NCBI GenBank assembly: GCA_032718475.1
Contig: JAUCBJ010000090.1
Location: 1-64,000 of the forward strand
DNA from: Nemertoderma westbladi
Taxonomy: Eukaryota; Animalia; Xenacoelomorpha
Reading direction: 5' to 3'
DNA length: 64,000 nucleotides
Positions within the stretch are counted from its first letter, which is position 1, and each line of letters begins with the position of its first letter. This document shows, in pieces, positions 25,393 to 36,667 of the stretch. The notes beneath the pieces are model-generated. The model did no database searches, was not told where the DNA came from, and was given only the letters and a program-made list of their open reading frames with translations. A program made the translations under genes and the position numbers.

Positions 25393-28300
25393 GATGAGCC
25401 GAATAGGAGAGACGACACCGCCGCGGACCCCGGATGGCGATCTAACGATCCGCGAGGCCGCGACACGACGGTATAGGCCCACGACACCGGACCCATCGCA
25501 ACGGGTGACCCGGTGATCCAACACGAGGGGAGCCGTCTACAACGAGAAGGGAGAGACGAGTCGAGAGAAGGGAGAGACGAGTCGAAAGAAGGGAGAGATG
25601 AGTCGGGAGGAGAGAGAGACGAGTCGACACACGACGGCGGTCGACGTGCCGATGTCGCCGGCCAGCCACAGGCCGAGGGCGATGGACGGCCCACCGGAAC
25701 GGCGACGGTGGGGCCGCCGGTACGATGCCGGACACGGAGAGAAAGAGGGGATGTCGGCGACGAGGATGTCGGAGTTAGCGACCGGCTCCGACGGGCTTAC
25801 AACGCCACGAGGGAACAGTTGAGGGAAGCTAAGGAGGGAGCAGAACTAGACGAGGTAAAGTTAGAAAAGCGGCTAGGTGAGTCGAACAGATATTTTGCTT
25901 ACCTAGTGCGTTTTGGGCAGCAAGAACTAGCCAGCGAGAGAGCGAGAGGGGTTGCCAGCGAACTGATTGAACTATGGGAGTGTAGGGGTATGCAGCCTAG
26001 TATAGTGTACATAGGGCCATACTTAGTCGATGCCCGGGAATAAAATTAGTGGGTTGGAGGAGACCGCAGGAGGGCGAATCCGAGGTTAGCCCCGAGGATT
26101 CGGTCTCGTCGGTCGGAGGAAGTTCTGGGAGTCGGGGGAAAGTTGGTGGGACGGAGGGGTGACGGGAGTCCGTCGCAACCGATAAGTCTGCTACATCCTC
26201 CGAAAAAGAAAGAAGGGTGCGGGAGATAAATCTGACGTATAAATTAGAAATGGTGGCGACAGAGCAGAAAGAGTTAGAGAGGCGACTGAGGGAGGAAACC
26301 ACATTGTTGGAGACAGAAAGAGAGTGGGCGAGGGAGTATAGAGAGAAAGCCGAGGAGTGTAGAGAGAGAGCCGAGGAGTGTAGAGAGCGGGAGATGAGAG
26401 TAGAGAGCGAGCTGGCAAGGCAGTTTGAGATGATTGCGAGAGAGGCAGAGTTGGCTGAGCAGAGTATACGAGAGAGAGAGATAGAGGGTGAGTGCGTGCG
26501 GGATGATTTGCGTGCCCAGCTAGAGAGGCTTACACAATATCAAGCCAAACTGAATCAGCGCCGACTAGAACTGGCGCGGTTGGAACTATCAGAGAGTGAG
26601 ACCCCACTTACAGACACCGGGCGAGAGAACCAGAACTGGTGTAGCCGTACGGGCGGGGGGTGTAGTAGTAGTACGTTAGGAAATGTTGGTATTAATAGTA
26701 CCGTAGTAGATAACCCTAATCCCTTTATTACAGGAAATATTTTATCCGGTAATTCAAATTCAAATAATAATATTAATTCAAATATTCAGAATAATTCAAA
26801 TAATTCGAATAATAATTTAAATTTTGAAAATAATAACAATTCTAATTTAAATAATTTAAATAATAATCCCGTTTCAAATTCTAATAATTCTAATATTTTA
26901 ATTGATTTTGGGGATTTAATTGATCCAACAGATAATATTGGGAATGGTGCTAAATGGTGCATTAATATGAGCGTGGCGGACGTGCATAGCCCGGCGAATG
27001 GCGGCCTGGTAGACCACGTAGTTAGTAGGCAGGGAGTAGCGGAGTTGAGCCAACCCGAGGTGGGCCTGGTAGGCCACGCAGTAGTAGAGAGAGAGGTGGG
27101 GGTGAATAGACCCAGCCGTAGTAGAGACAGTGCATCGACTAGAGAGGGGTGTAGAAGTGGAGTAAGAGATAGTGAAGTTAGATGTGGCGAGTGGGGGGGG
27201 GGGGGGGCTATGGGCGCCCCACCACAGAAGATTAGTGGCGAGAGAGGGGGGGGGGGGGAGAGAATGCCCCACAAGAGGGGTGTAGAAGTGTTGTAAGAGG
27301 TAGCGAAGTTAGAAGTAACGGGTGGGGGGGGGGGGGCTACGGGCGCCCCACCACGAGAGATTAGTGGCGAGAGGGGGGAGGTAGAGAATGTCCGACAAGA
27401 GGGACGCAGAAGTGTAGTAAGAGATAGTAAAGTTAGGAGTTGCAGGTGGTGGGGGCTACGGGCGCCCCACCACGAGAGATTAGTAGCGAGAAAGGGGGGG
27501 CAGAGAGTGCCCCGCAAGCGTCGATGGACAATGCGCGGGCCGAACTAGGTAAACCGCAACACCCGACGACGGAGAATAGTAGGGGGATGGCGAGTATCCC
27601 CAGGAGTGTCCAGCCAGACAGAGTAGAGTCAGATATTAGCGACGAGAGTGGGCGGAGCGACGAGACGCCGAGCCCAGTCAGAAGAGAAAAGAAGTGAAGA
27701 TAAAAGAAGTGCCGTTGCTAGGAGCAACCGAAGTGCGAGGACGGATAGAGAGCCGTCGATAGTAGAGATGGAGTCAGGGAGACAGTGGGGTCGAACTTCG
27801 GGAGATTGCCGTCGCCCTGGAGAAACGCACCGCACGCCAAGAGAGGGGTACAGGACGTACCGATACAAAGTCGAGAACAGGAGAGGGGATCGAAGAGAAG
27901 CTTCCCGACGGGATATAGCTGCCGATCGAGAGTGCGGTAGTCGCGGGGAGATTCGAGATTCGCGAAGATTAAACTTCGGTTCGAAAGGGCACATGCAGAC
28001 TGCAGGACATACTGTAGGCCTTACTGCACATACTATTATAGGCCATGCTGGGAGAGGTAGAGTAGGCGATAGGGTAGCGCGAACGACGGGATTAAACCCG
28101 GAAGCCGCGGAGTACATACCGGTAGGTAGGCAAGAAGTGGGTAGGCCTATATCGGTACGGCAGCATGACTATAATACACAGGGACATAACATATATCCAG
28201 GGGAGGGGAGAGTTATTGCAGATAGATGTATGGGCCCCAATATATTAACATCAACCCCAGTACCAAACATACCGGTGGGGGGGGGGGGGGGGGACAGGGT

Positions 28301-29410
28301 GACATTCCCCCATCACAATATCAACAATATACCCCAATAGGAGCAAGAACATCGAACCCCTTGGACGAGAACAGGTCGTGCGGACAGTCGCTACCACACG
28401 CGGCCATACAGGGGACTGCTAGTCCACAGTTAGCTGGTAGTAGGGCCACACCGTGGCAGGGACAGAAAGAAAATAACACCACAAATAAACACAATCCCAA
28501 CATACCCAGTAGGCCGAGTACAGACAACCAAAACACAAAATCGGTAGATATAAACCTACGCGCGATACGTGAAGGACTATACAGGAAACGCTATAATCCA
28601 GGATTCGAATGTCAATTACATCGGGACGGAACCCATAAGACCAGGAGTTGTAAGCACTGGCAAGCGTTGCCCAAACAAGATCGTATAGCCTACACAGACG
28701 CAAACGGACTATGTCATCGATGTGTGGTAGAAGGACACAGACCCGGAGAGTGTAGAGAAACAGCAGCTACAAGCACGACAGTGGCAAGAAAGAAGAGAAA
28801 AGTACTACCCGAGGAAGTAACAGTTAGAGAGTGGGCGGGGGAGAATGGATATCCCAGCAAGTATCGGTATGGAGATAGAGAGGAACGGACGGCAAGATGT
28901 CCGGAGGACAAACCGGAGGAGTGTCCGGTGGAGTGTCAGGAGGACAATAGTCCAGAGGAGTGTCCGGAAGAGACGCCGGTCCGGTTGAGAGGCATACCGA
29001 CAAGGGGGAGGTCGAGTAAGAAGACAAGATGGAAAGGGAGAGGATGTGAGAGGATTAGACCAGGGGCAGAGAGGTCCGTGGGTGGACATAACAAAGGACT
29101 CAGGAAAGCAGGAAGCGTGTTGCATACGCACGCGGGACTGACAGAGTGCGAGGGGGCATTACATGGGCAGACGTCGTGTATACCGAAGGACGGACGGGGG
29201 TCGTCGAGGCCTTTAATGCCAGCGCACATACTAAGGGGGAGGCCAGCAGAGGTAGTGTCTAAGAAAGTGTGGCGAAGAGTAAGAGGACGTATAGGAGGGC
29301 AGTGGGAGAGTGCCTACTGGAAGAAAGGGCACCTTAGAGTTTTAGTCGTCCAATGTTTTGGACTGAGGGGGGTGGGAATGAGGGCGAGACGCCCTTCCCA
29401 CGCAAAATAA
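25393..29410 (+). pseudogene. gag: Element B gag (coiled-coil, Asn-rich, zinc knuckles) fused to an integrase C-terminal remnant; disrupted
   Basis: ORFs 25513-26043, 26217-27296, 27648-28340 and 28226-29410 are homologous to A gag; CQLHRDGTHKTRSC and CHRCVVEGHRPGEC; LTECEGALHG...PLMPAHILRGR...WRRV resembles the Pao integrase C-terminus; start position approximate. Confidence 0.8.
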
Positions 29411-29459
29411 TTATTTAATTAAAAATAAAAATAAATAATAAAAATAATTAAATAATAAA

Positions 29460-30960
29460 TAAGTAGAAAGTCAGAAAGTAAGTAGATAGCTAGCTAAGTT
29501 AGAAGAGTTAGAGGGTACGTAGTACCGTTAGTTAGAGAGGTTAGTTAGTTAGTAAGAGGGTACGTAGTACCGTTAGTTAGTAGAGAGAGTTAGAGAAGTT
29601 GGTAAGAGGGTACATAGTACCGTTAGTAGAGAGAGTTAGAGGAGTTAGTAAGAGGGTACGTAGTACCGTTAGTTAGTAGAGAGAGTTAGAGAAGTTAGTG
29701 AGAGGGTACGTAGTACCGTTAGTAGGTAGAAGTTAGGTAGTAAGAGAGTAGTACCGCTAGTTAGATAGAGATATAGTTAGTAAGAGGGTACGTAGTACCG
29801 TTAGTTAGAAAGTTAGTAGAGCAGTAGAGGGTTGTGGGCACCGTAAGCGCCACGTAGAAAGTAGTAGCAGTAGAGGTTGTGGGCACCGTAAGCGCCACGT
29901 AGGAAGTAGTAAGCAGAGTGGTTGTGGGCACCGCAAGCGCCACGTAGTTAGAGTTAGTAGGGGATGCGTTGAACTAAGTGGGGCACGGGCGTGATGACGT
30001 GTTTGATGTAAGAGCAGGGTATGTTAATTAGGGTGGGTGCCGGGCACAAGAGGTGCCGGGCACAAGAAGATTAGTAGTAGAGTTAGTTGAGTTAGTAAGA
30101 GTTAGTAGTAGAGTTAGTTGAGTTAGTAGTAGAGTTAGTTGAGTTAGTAGAGAGTTAGTAGAGTTAGTAAGAGTTAGTAGTAGTTCACATAATTAACGTA
30201 CCCACTCTGCCGGCACTCAGAGCGTCACGTGCAGGCGAGGAGACGTAAAGGGGGTAAGATGTGATAGAGTAGAATAGTAGAGACGGGCACATAGGGTGCC
30301 AGGTAGTAGAGTTAGAGAGTTAGAGGTAGTAGAGTAGTAGAGACGGGCACATAGGGTGCCAGGTAGTAGAGTTAGAGAGTTAGAGGTAGTAGAGTAGTAG
30401 AGAGGGCACATAGGGTGCCAGGTAGTAGAGTAGTAGAGAGGGCACATAGGGTGCCAGGTAGTAGAGTAGTAGAGACGGGCACATAGGGTGCCAGATAGTA
30501 GAGTGGTTGTGGGCACCGCAAGCGCCACGTAGTTAGAAGAGTGGGTAGAGTTAGAGAGTTCTAGTTAAAGGGCTAGAGAGTTGGTAGACTTAGAGGGTTT
30601 TAGTTAGAGTTAGTAGTAGAGGGGTCGTGGGCACCCTAAGCGCCACGTAGTTAGAAGAGTTGGTAAGAGTTAGAGAGAGTTAGTAGAAGTAGAGAGTTAG
30701 TAGGAGTTAGTTAGACTTAGTAGAGCTAGTTAGAGTCGGAGAGTTAGTAGAGAGTAGAGAGTTAGATAGTTAGCAAGTAAGTAGTAGGTAGATAGTATGA
30801 TAGCACAGGGGTAGCATTAGAGATTAGGGCCTTAGGGAGTGGTAGAGAGTAGAGAGGAGTATGGAGAGAAGTTAGAGTGCGATTCAGGTGTGGGGAGAGT
30901 GTAAGAGTGGGGAGAGAGTAGAGGGGAGTTAGAGCGGAGTTAGTTAGAGTGGCGAGAGTG
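29460..30960 (+). repeat. C-poor (AGTT/AGT/AG) low-complexity tract with three repeated short hairpin motifs, in the 3' region of element B
   Basis: GGTAC(G/A)TAGTACC x6, GTGGGCACC(GTAA/GCAA/CTAA)GCGCCAC x5 and GGCACATAGGGTGCC x5 embedded in AGTTAGTAGAG-type sequence. Confidence 0.85.
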
Positions 30961-31174
30961 TTGGGGAAACAAAAATTGTGTGAGAGAAGCGCACGATCGG
31001 CCCGACACGAGACGCCAGAGGGTAGTGACATCATACCCATAGGGAGCGGCCTGGAAAGCCGACTCCAAGAAAATAACTCCACCCCACACCCGATAATAGA
31101 TCGAGTTCCAGCGGAATTGTAGCGCACTTGAGGTGGATGCTATCTTCTCACCGGGAAGATAGCATGGGGGGGAG

Positions 31175-31758
31175 TGTGAGCGTATTCAATTCCGCTACCA
31201 AGCCCCATAAAGTGAGCTTTAAGCAATATTGGGAACACGAGGTTGATATCCAATATCAACCTCGTATCACCCCAATAAAGTGGGGACAAGAGAACCCCAG
31301 AGGACATACGCACAACAGGGGTCAGGGGTTACACCCCTGAGAGAGAGAGGGAATAACAGGAGCAACGGGAAACACTCCAGGGAAGGTGAAGGGGCGACAA
31401 TTAGGTTATTAGCCAAAAGGGGGGAAGCATCGACTGGGTAGATCAATATGGCCAACCGTGCAATATATTACCGGTCCATGCATTATTTCATTCACTTGTA
31501 GTAAGTCAGCTAGTTAGGACAGTAGCGGAACTCTAGTTACCGTCTCCGCCTACAGTCACCAGTACATATCATTTACCAGTACATTATATCATACATCAAG
31601 CATCTGTGCTATTATCTTTACTATATTGTATTCCAAACCCATATACACTGATCAATCAATAACTCAGAACTACTCTTTATATCTTTCACACACGGTGGGG
31701 ACGCGTAAGCTAGAAACCAAAACCGGATAAACCGGGATCCTCCGTAGATCCCGTCACA
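31175..31758 (+). repeat. 3' LTR of element B
   Basis: TGTGAGCG...CCGTCACA, preceded by the PPT and followed by TSD ACCCC. Confidence 0.92.
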
Positions 31759-31763
31759 ACCCC

Positions 31764-33146
31764 CACGTCCGTACGGTTACACCAGTCCTGAGTCTGTCGT
31801 CCGGTTCCTGTAAGTGGGGTATTAACAAACGTTTCCATTACTTCTGGCTCCTCGTAAACACTACCCGAACCAGCCTCACTCTCTGATAATCCCAACTAAT
31901 CCAAAGATAATCCAGTTCTAACCGGCACTTTTGCTTCGCCTGGTATTGAATAAGCCCCCTTAGCCGGGTATGCATATCATCAAGCATACGCTTACACGCT
32001 CTCTCTCTCTCTCTATCCTCTCTCAAACTTTGGTTGGCCAACTCTGCCTCTCTCGCAATCCTCTCAACCCTCCTCGCTTCACGCTCCTTGCGCTCATTCG
32101 CCTCTCGCTCTTTGTGCTCGCTCCTCTCTCTCGCCTCTCGCTCTTTGCGCTCGTTCTTCTCTCTCTCCTCTCGCTCTTTGCCCTCCCTTATTTCTCTCTC
32201 CTCACCCTCCCTAAAGTTTCTCGCCACCCTCTCAGCCCTCTCTTTGCATTCCCTCGCTAACTCTCTCTCTTTCTCTAATAATGCGGTTCCCTCATCCAGT
32301 TGCCTCTCCAACTCCTTCTGATCCAGCGCCACCATGTCTAGTTGACACGCCAGATCTATCTCTAACACCCTTCTTGCTTTTGCGGAGGATGTAGCGGACT
32401 CCCGTCGCCTCCCTGTCCTACTAACTTTCCCCCGCTTTCTGGGGTTCTTGCTAACTGACAACACCGAATCCTCGGGGTTAACCTCGGGTTCGCCATCGTG
32501 CGAGTCCACCCATCCCACTAACTTAATTCCCCTAGCATCCACTAAGTAAGGCCCTACGTACACTACGTCAGGCTCCATTATCCCGGACTGCCACAATTCA
32601 AACATTTCCGTGGCGACCAACCCTCGCTCTCTCACTCGCCAGTTCTCCCTGTCCGAAACGGACCAAATAATGAAAGTGTTTATTCGACTCACCTAGCCTC
32701 TGGTATAGTTTAGGCTGGTATACCTTTCTCCCCTCCTTGGCCTCTTTGAGTAGTTTCTTGGTGGCGTTGTAGGCCCGTTGTAGCCGATCACTGGTCCCGA
32801 CGTCCTCTTCGCCAACTCTACCTTCTCTCCTCGTCCGGCGTTGTACCGGCGGCCCCACCATCGCCGTTCCGGTGGGCCGTCCGTCGGCCTGTGGCTGGCC
32901 GGCGACTTCGGTACTCCGACCGCCGTAGTGCGTCGACTCGTCTCTCCCTCGTGGTTGACGGCCGCCCTCCGCTTGGGCCATCGGATCGTACCTGGTTGGC
33001 AAATCCGGTGTGGTGGGCCGATACTGTGGCATCGCAGCCTCACGGATCGTTTGGTTGGTGTCGTCCGGGGTCCGCGGCGGTGTCCTCTCTCCCTCTGGAT
33101 CTTGGGACTCCTGATCGCTCATCTTCTCTCGCTGTCTTGCAGTCAC
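31764..33146 (-). pseudogene. gag: Element A gag (5' part, coiled-coil), frameshifted
   Basis: ORFs 32598-33146 and 31838-32692 align with B gag (RLQRAYNAT, RFGQ.ELASER, VYVGPYLVDAR, E/R-rich coil). Confidence 0.8.
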
Positions 33147-33185
33147 AGTGTTAGTTGGTCAGTTTATGGCTCGGCAGTTTATGAC

Positions 33186-33853
33186 TGTGACGGTATCCTA
33201 AGATCCCGACCGGGTTAGATTTGTACGCGTCACCATTCTGCTGGGCAGTCATGCTAGTTCGCTTTGGCCGAACGCCCTTGGGGAAAACAATAAGGGTTTC
33301 TGTTGTTTCTCAATATCGATAGTCCAAATGATAATAGCACAATCGGTCAATCGGTAATGATACAGATGTAATAGCAGAAAATACACAGATTAATTGCTGA
33401 TGTTAGTGGCGGTGACAGTCATCAACTATGACCGGTCTGCAACTGAGTAACTGAATCAACTGACCGGTAAATCAGTAATGTAGGATAATATATGATTAAC
33501 GCACACGAATATTGATTTTACCTCTTACTTTACTTGGCCCTCTGTACCCAGTGGATGATCTCCTATCTCTAATCATGTGCTTCCCTCCCCGCTATTGGCT
33601 AATATACTAATTGTCACTTTGGCACTCCCCATGAGTGTTTCCCCCCGCTGCTAGCCTCTACTAGCTGTATTCCTTCCGAGGTGGTTTGACCTCTCACCTC
33701 TCTCTGTGGCTTTAGGGCTTGTGTCCCCCCCCCCCCACAATGTTGGTTATGAGGCGAGATTAATATTGGTAATCTCGTATCCCCAACTTATTGGTAAAAT
33801 GCCACTGATCCCATTTTCTGGTGGGTAATGAAGTGGAATTGAATCCGCTTACA
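33186..33853 (-). repeat. 5' LTR of element A
   Basis: Direct repeat of 20400-21057, followed by TSD TACCT. Confidence 0.93.
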
Positions 33854-34709
33854 TACCTCTGCTGGGATTTCATATAATCCACTCGCTTTATTATTGGACA
33901 TACTTTTAATGCTTCTTTGGAGTTCGGCAGGTGTGAAGTCCCCTGTTTCTATAGGTAGTTTATTTTCATATATTTTCCTTGTAGGGCTGACCTCGATGTT
34001 TGGTGGCTGCCCAAGCAAGTTGCTGAAGTGGTTTTACACTTCCCAACACGTTCTTCAGGACTATGGGCTTTGAGGCGCCCCTTTGCACAACTTTTCCGAC
34101 CAGATACCTCATTTACAGTTTGCCATGTAAGTCTTGATTGTTGCTGTATGTGAGCAGTTGTAATTGCTTCAGTTTTATCCTGTATGTACTTTTCCTGGCT
34201 GATGTTGTAGGCCAATTTAAGATCGTCCTTAGCTTTCTCAACCTTGTTAATGTTTTCAGTTGTTGGTTGTTCGGTTTTAACTTTGTAGGCTATCTTAAGA
34301 TCTTCTCTCTTACAAGTAACCTCAGAGTTTTGCCATGGCACATTCTGTTTTCGTTTGGGTTTCTGGGGGATATGCCTCTTAGATGATTCCTTGTGGGCTG
34401 TTATTATATTCTGGTATATTGAATTGGTGAATTGGTCTTCATCCATTGACTGAAGTGCTTCAAAGCGGTTTTGAACTTCTACTGTATAAGCATCCTTTAG
34501 AGCATTGTCAGTCACTGAGCCTCTCACTGAGTTTCTCCCAGTCATATTTGATTTGCTTGCTTGTCCTTGGTTTGCTGGCTCTCAAACTGAGTCTGATCTC
34601 TGCAGTCACAATTCTGTGGTCCGAACCAATTAGGTTGAACGAGCTGTATGCCTCGCAGTTGATCATGCTGTTTCTCCACTTTTTGTTTATAAGGATGTAA
34701 TCCAGTTGT
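33854..34709 (-). mobile_element. RTE family-1 LINE, upstream part of the copy split by element A (5'-truncated)
   Basis: QLDYILINKKW, SDHRIV, EVQNRFEAL and KASGLYEIPAEV; collinear with ~7100-7876. Confidence 0.9.
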
Positions 34710-35625
34710 CAATAGACAACATCAGTAGAATTACAGGAAAACAATTAATATGTGCCTGGATTGAAAATTATACAAGACATTCATTATTTAAATGTACCTT
34801 CCCGCGTTAAATTTTAATGCGGTTTTAAAGAACTATTATTTATTCAGTTCTTGTTGGGAGAACCATGTGAACGACCACCTAAATTTGTATAAAATTTTGG
34901 ATAATAATTTAACAATTTAACATTCGCATTTTTTGAAATTTTTTTGCTCTACTAGAAAATAGACATGTTGAACATGTAATTATTACGCTTCTAATGCATT
35001 TTTGAACGAATTTACAAGTATGCGAGGTGGGGTTCAAGTCTCCCACCCTAGGTGTCAAGTCTCCCCCCCCCCCCCCCCCCCATTGAGGGAGACGTGACGC
35101 TTTTTCGAAAATAAGAATAATTGGTTTAATTAAAAAAGTTTAAAAGTTGAAATTCTCAAACTCTCACATAGTGATAGCAATCATAAATCTAAATGACGGA
35201 TTGTGAAAAAGTTAAAACGGCATTGAAAAATTAATTTATCTGTTCTTTAGAGCGATTATAACTTTTGGGGTTCAAGTCTCCCTCACTCACCCTACAGTTT
35301 AAATTAAAATGTAAATCGATACAGACCGCTATAATTCAAATGTTTACAAAATACCTTTTATTTGTACGGTTTATTTTATTATTAACATGTGTGTTGTTTA
35401 ATAGTGGTCTATTTAGTGTAATTAGTACTTTTTTTAACAGTATTATCTTTAGTATTTTTTAACATTACTCTTTTTAGCGACTGCCTTCTTTGATATAAAT
35501 TAATTCTGTATATTACATCCATAAAATATTAAATCTCTAAAATTTGTCGCATGTACAATATGTTAAAAGATAATTAATTAAGTAAAAATATTTTAAAAGC
35601 CCAGTTTGGACATGCCGGGTTTAGC

Positions 35626-35860
35626 ATATGGGTTTGTTGGCATGGGTTTCGGGTATGGGTTACGGGTATGGTTTTTTGACATGGGTTTTGGGTATGGGTT
35701 TTTGGCATGGGTTTCGGGTATGGGGTTCGGATATGGGTTTTTGGCATGGGTATCGGGTATGGGGTTCAGGTATGGGTTTTTGGCATGGGCTTCGGGTATG
35801 GGTTTTGGTTATGGGTTTTTGGCATAGGTTTTGGGTATGGCGTTTGAGTTTGGGTTTTTG
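35626..35860 (+). repeat. Short tandem repeat with ~12-bp subunits (GGGTATGGGTTT / GGCATGGGTTT)
   Basis: Directly visible degenerate array; the ORFs over it are repeat translations. Confidence 0.85.
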
Positions 35861-36004
35861 GCCACGTTTACACCACACAGAATTCGCGACAAGCGAAAAC
35901 GATTGTGATTTATTTGATTACATTATCCATCTTTAATCGAATTCTAAACTTTTGGTGTCAACGTTATCCAAGAAGTTGTCACATGTAAACCGGTGTGCTA
36001 GTTT

Positions 36005-36667
36005 CTATTGATTTCCCCTGAAAGACGACTCGGTTTTTTTCGATTTTTCGGATACCGTCTCGCTTTCCCCATGAGAGAAGACTGCATCTGTTGATTCTCC
36101 GTAGGTTAGTTGTTCTGCTAACTGAGCCTTCCATTGGGTTGTTCCCTGGACTTTAACATTCACTCTTTGGAACCAAGTCTTTACTGCCACCTGCAGTGAG
36201 GTGTCTTGACTTCTCTTTGAGGCTTCTTCGAACACTGACAGGATTAATCTTATCCGCAGTATCCGTTCTCTTACTTGGTATAGCAGTTCTCCTTGCTCTG
36301 GAGGTTCCAGTTGCCCTCGGAATAACTGCGTTTCCATTCGTCCCAAGGAGTTGAAGAATCCCTGGACATATCCAGCTGCCGACCTCTTCCATACAGCGGG
36401 ATCTCTGGTATCTCTAACTACACCCATCTGGTGTAGGTCTTCCCAGGCAGCTTCAGATAAGTTAAACGGTAGTCCGGGTCCGGGAAAGTTCCATTGATTT
36501 TCCACAAGAGACTTTAATTCCTCGAGCGGGTATCCGGCGTAACTATCCCTGGTTGACCGCTTATTTCTTGTCCAGTCTGCTTGATGTTCTTCTATGGCTA
36601 GAATAACTCGAGTGAGCACCTTTCCAGGAAGAATCAGGAGTAGGTCAGAGTAAGCCACTTCTTCCAT
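36005..36667 (-). CDS. 220-aa intronless ORF of unknown function, possibly a gag-like gene of another mobile element
   Basis: Uninterrupted ORF in a GC-richer island; likely extends upstream by frameshift into ORF 36645-36854; no recognised motif. Confidence 0.4.
   Translation of the reverse strand: MEEVAYSDLLLILPGKVLTRVILAIEEHQADWTRNKRSTRDSYAGYPLEELKSLVENQWNFPGPGLPFNLSEAAWEDLHQMGVVRDTRDPAVWKRSAAGYVQGFFNSLGRMETQLFRGQLEPPEQGELLYQVRERILRIRLILSVFEEASKRSQDTSLQVAVKTWFQRVNVKVQGTTQWKAQLAEQLTYGESTDAVFSHGESETVSEKSKKTESSFRGNQ

Larger units (their letters stand above)
24762..31758 (+). mobile_element. Element B: non-autonomous BEL/Pao LTR element related to A, nested in A in opposite orientation
   Basis: LTRs at 24762-25362 and 31175-31758; 5-bp TSD ACCCC (24757-24761 and 31759-31763); PPT GGGGGGGAG immediately before 31175; gag collinear with that of A. 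Confidence 0.92.
20400..33853 (-). mobile_element. Element A: non-autonomous BEL/Pao LTR retrotransposon (gag + protease; RT, RNase H and integrase absent), hosting element B
   Basis: Paired TG...CA LTRs at 20400-21057 and 33186-33853; 5-bp TSD TACCT (20395-20399 and 33854-33858); purine tract on minus next to 21057; Pao-type gag and DSG protease motifs. Confidence 0.93.

Noticed and set aside
29460-30960. Telomere-like TTAGG array
   Set aside because: Units are irregular AGTTAG/AGTAG mixtures inside an LTR element
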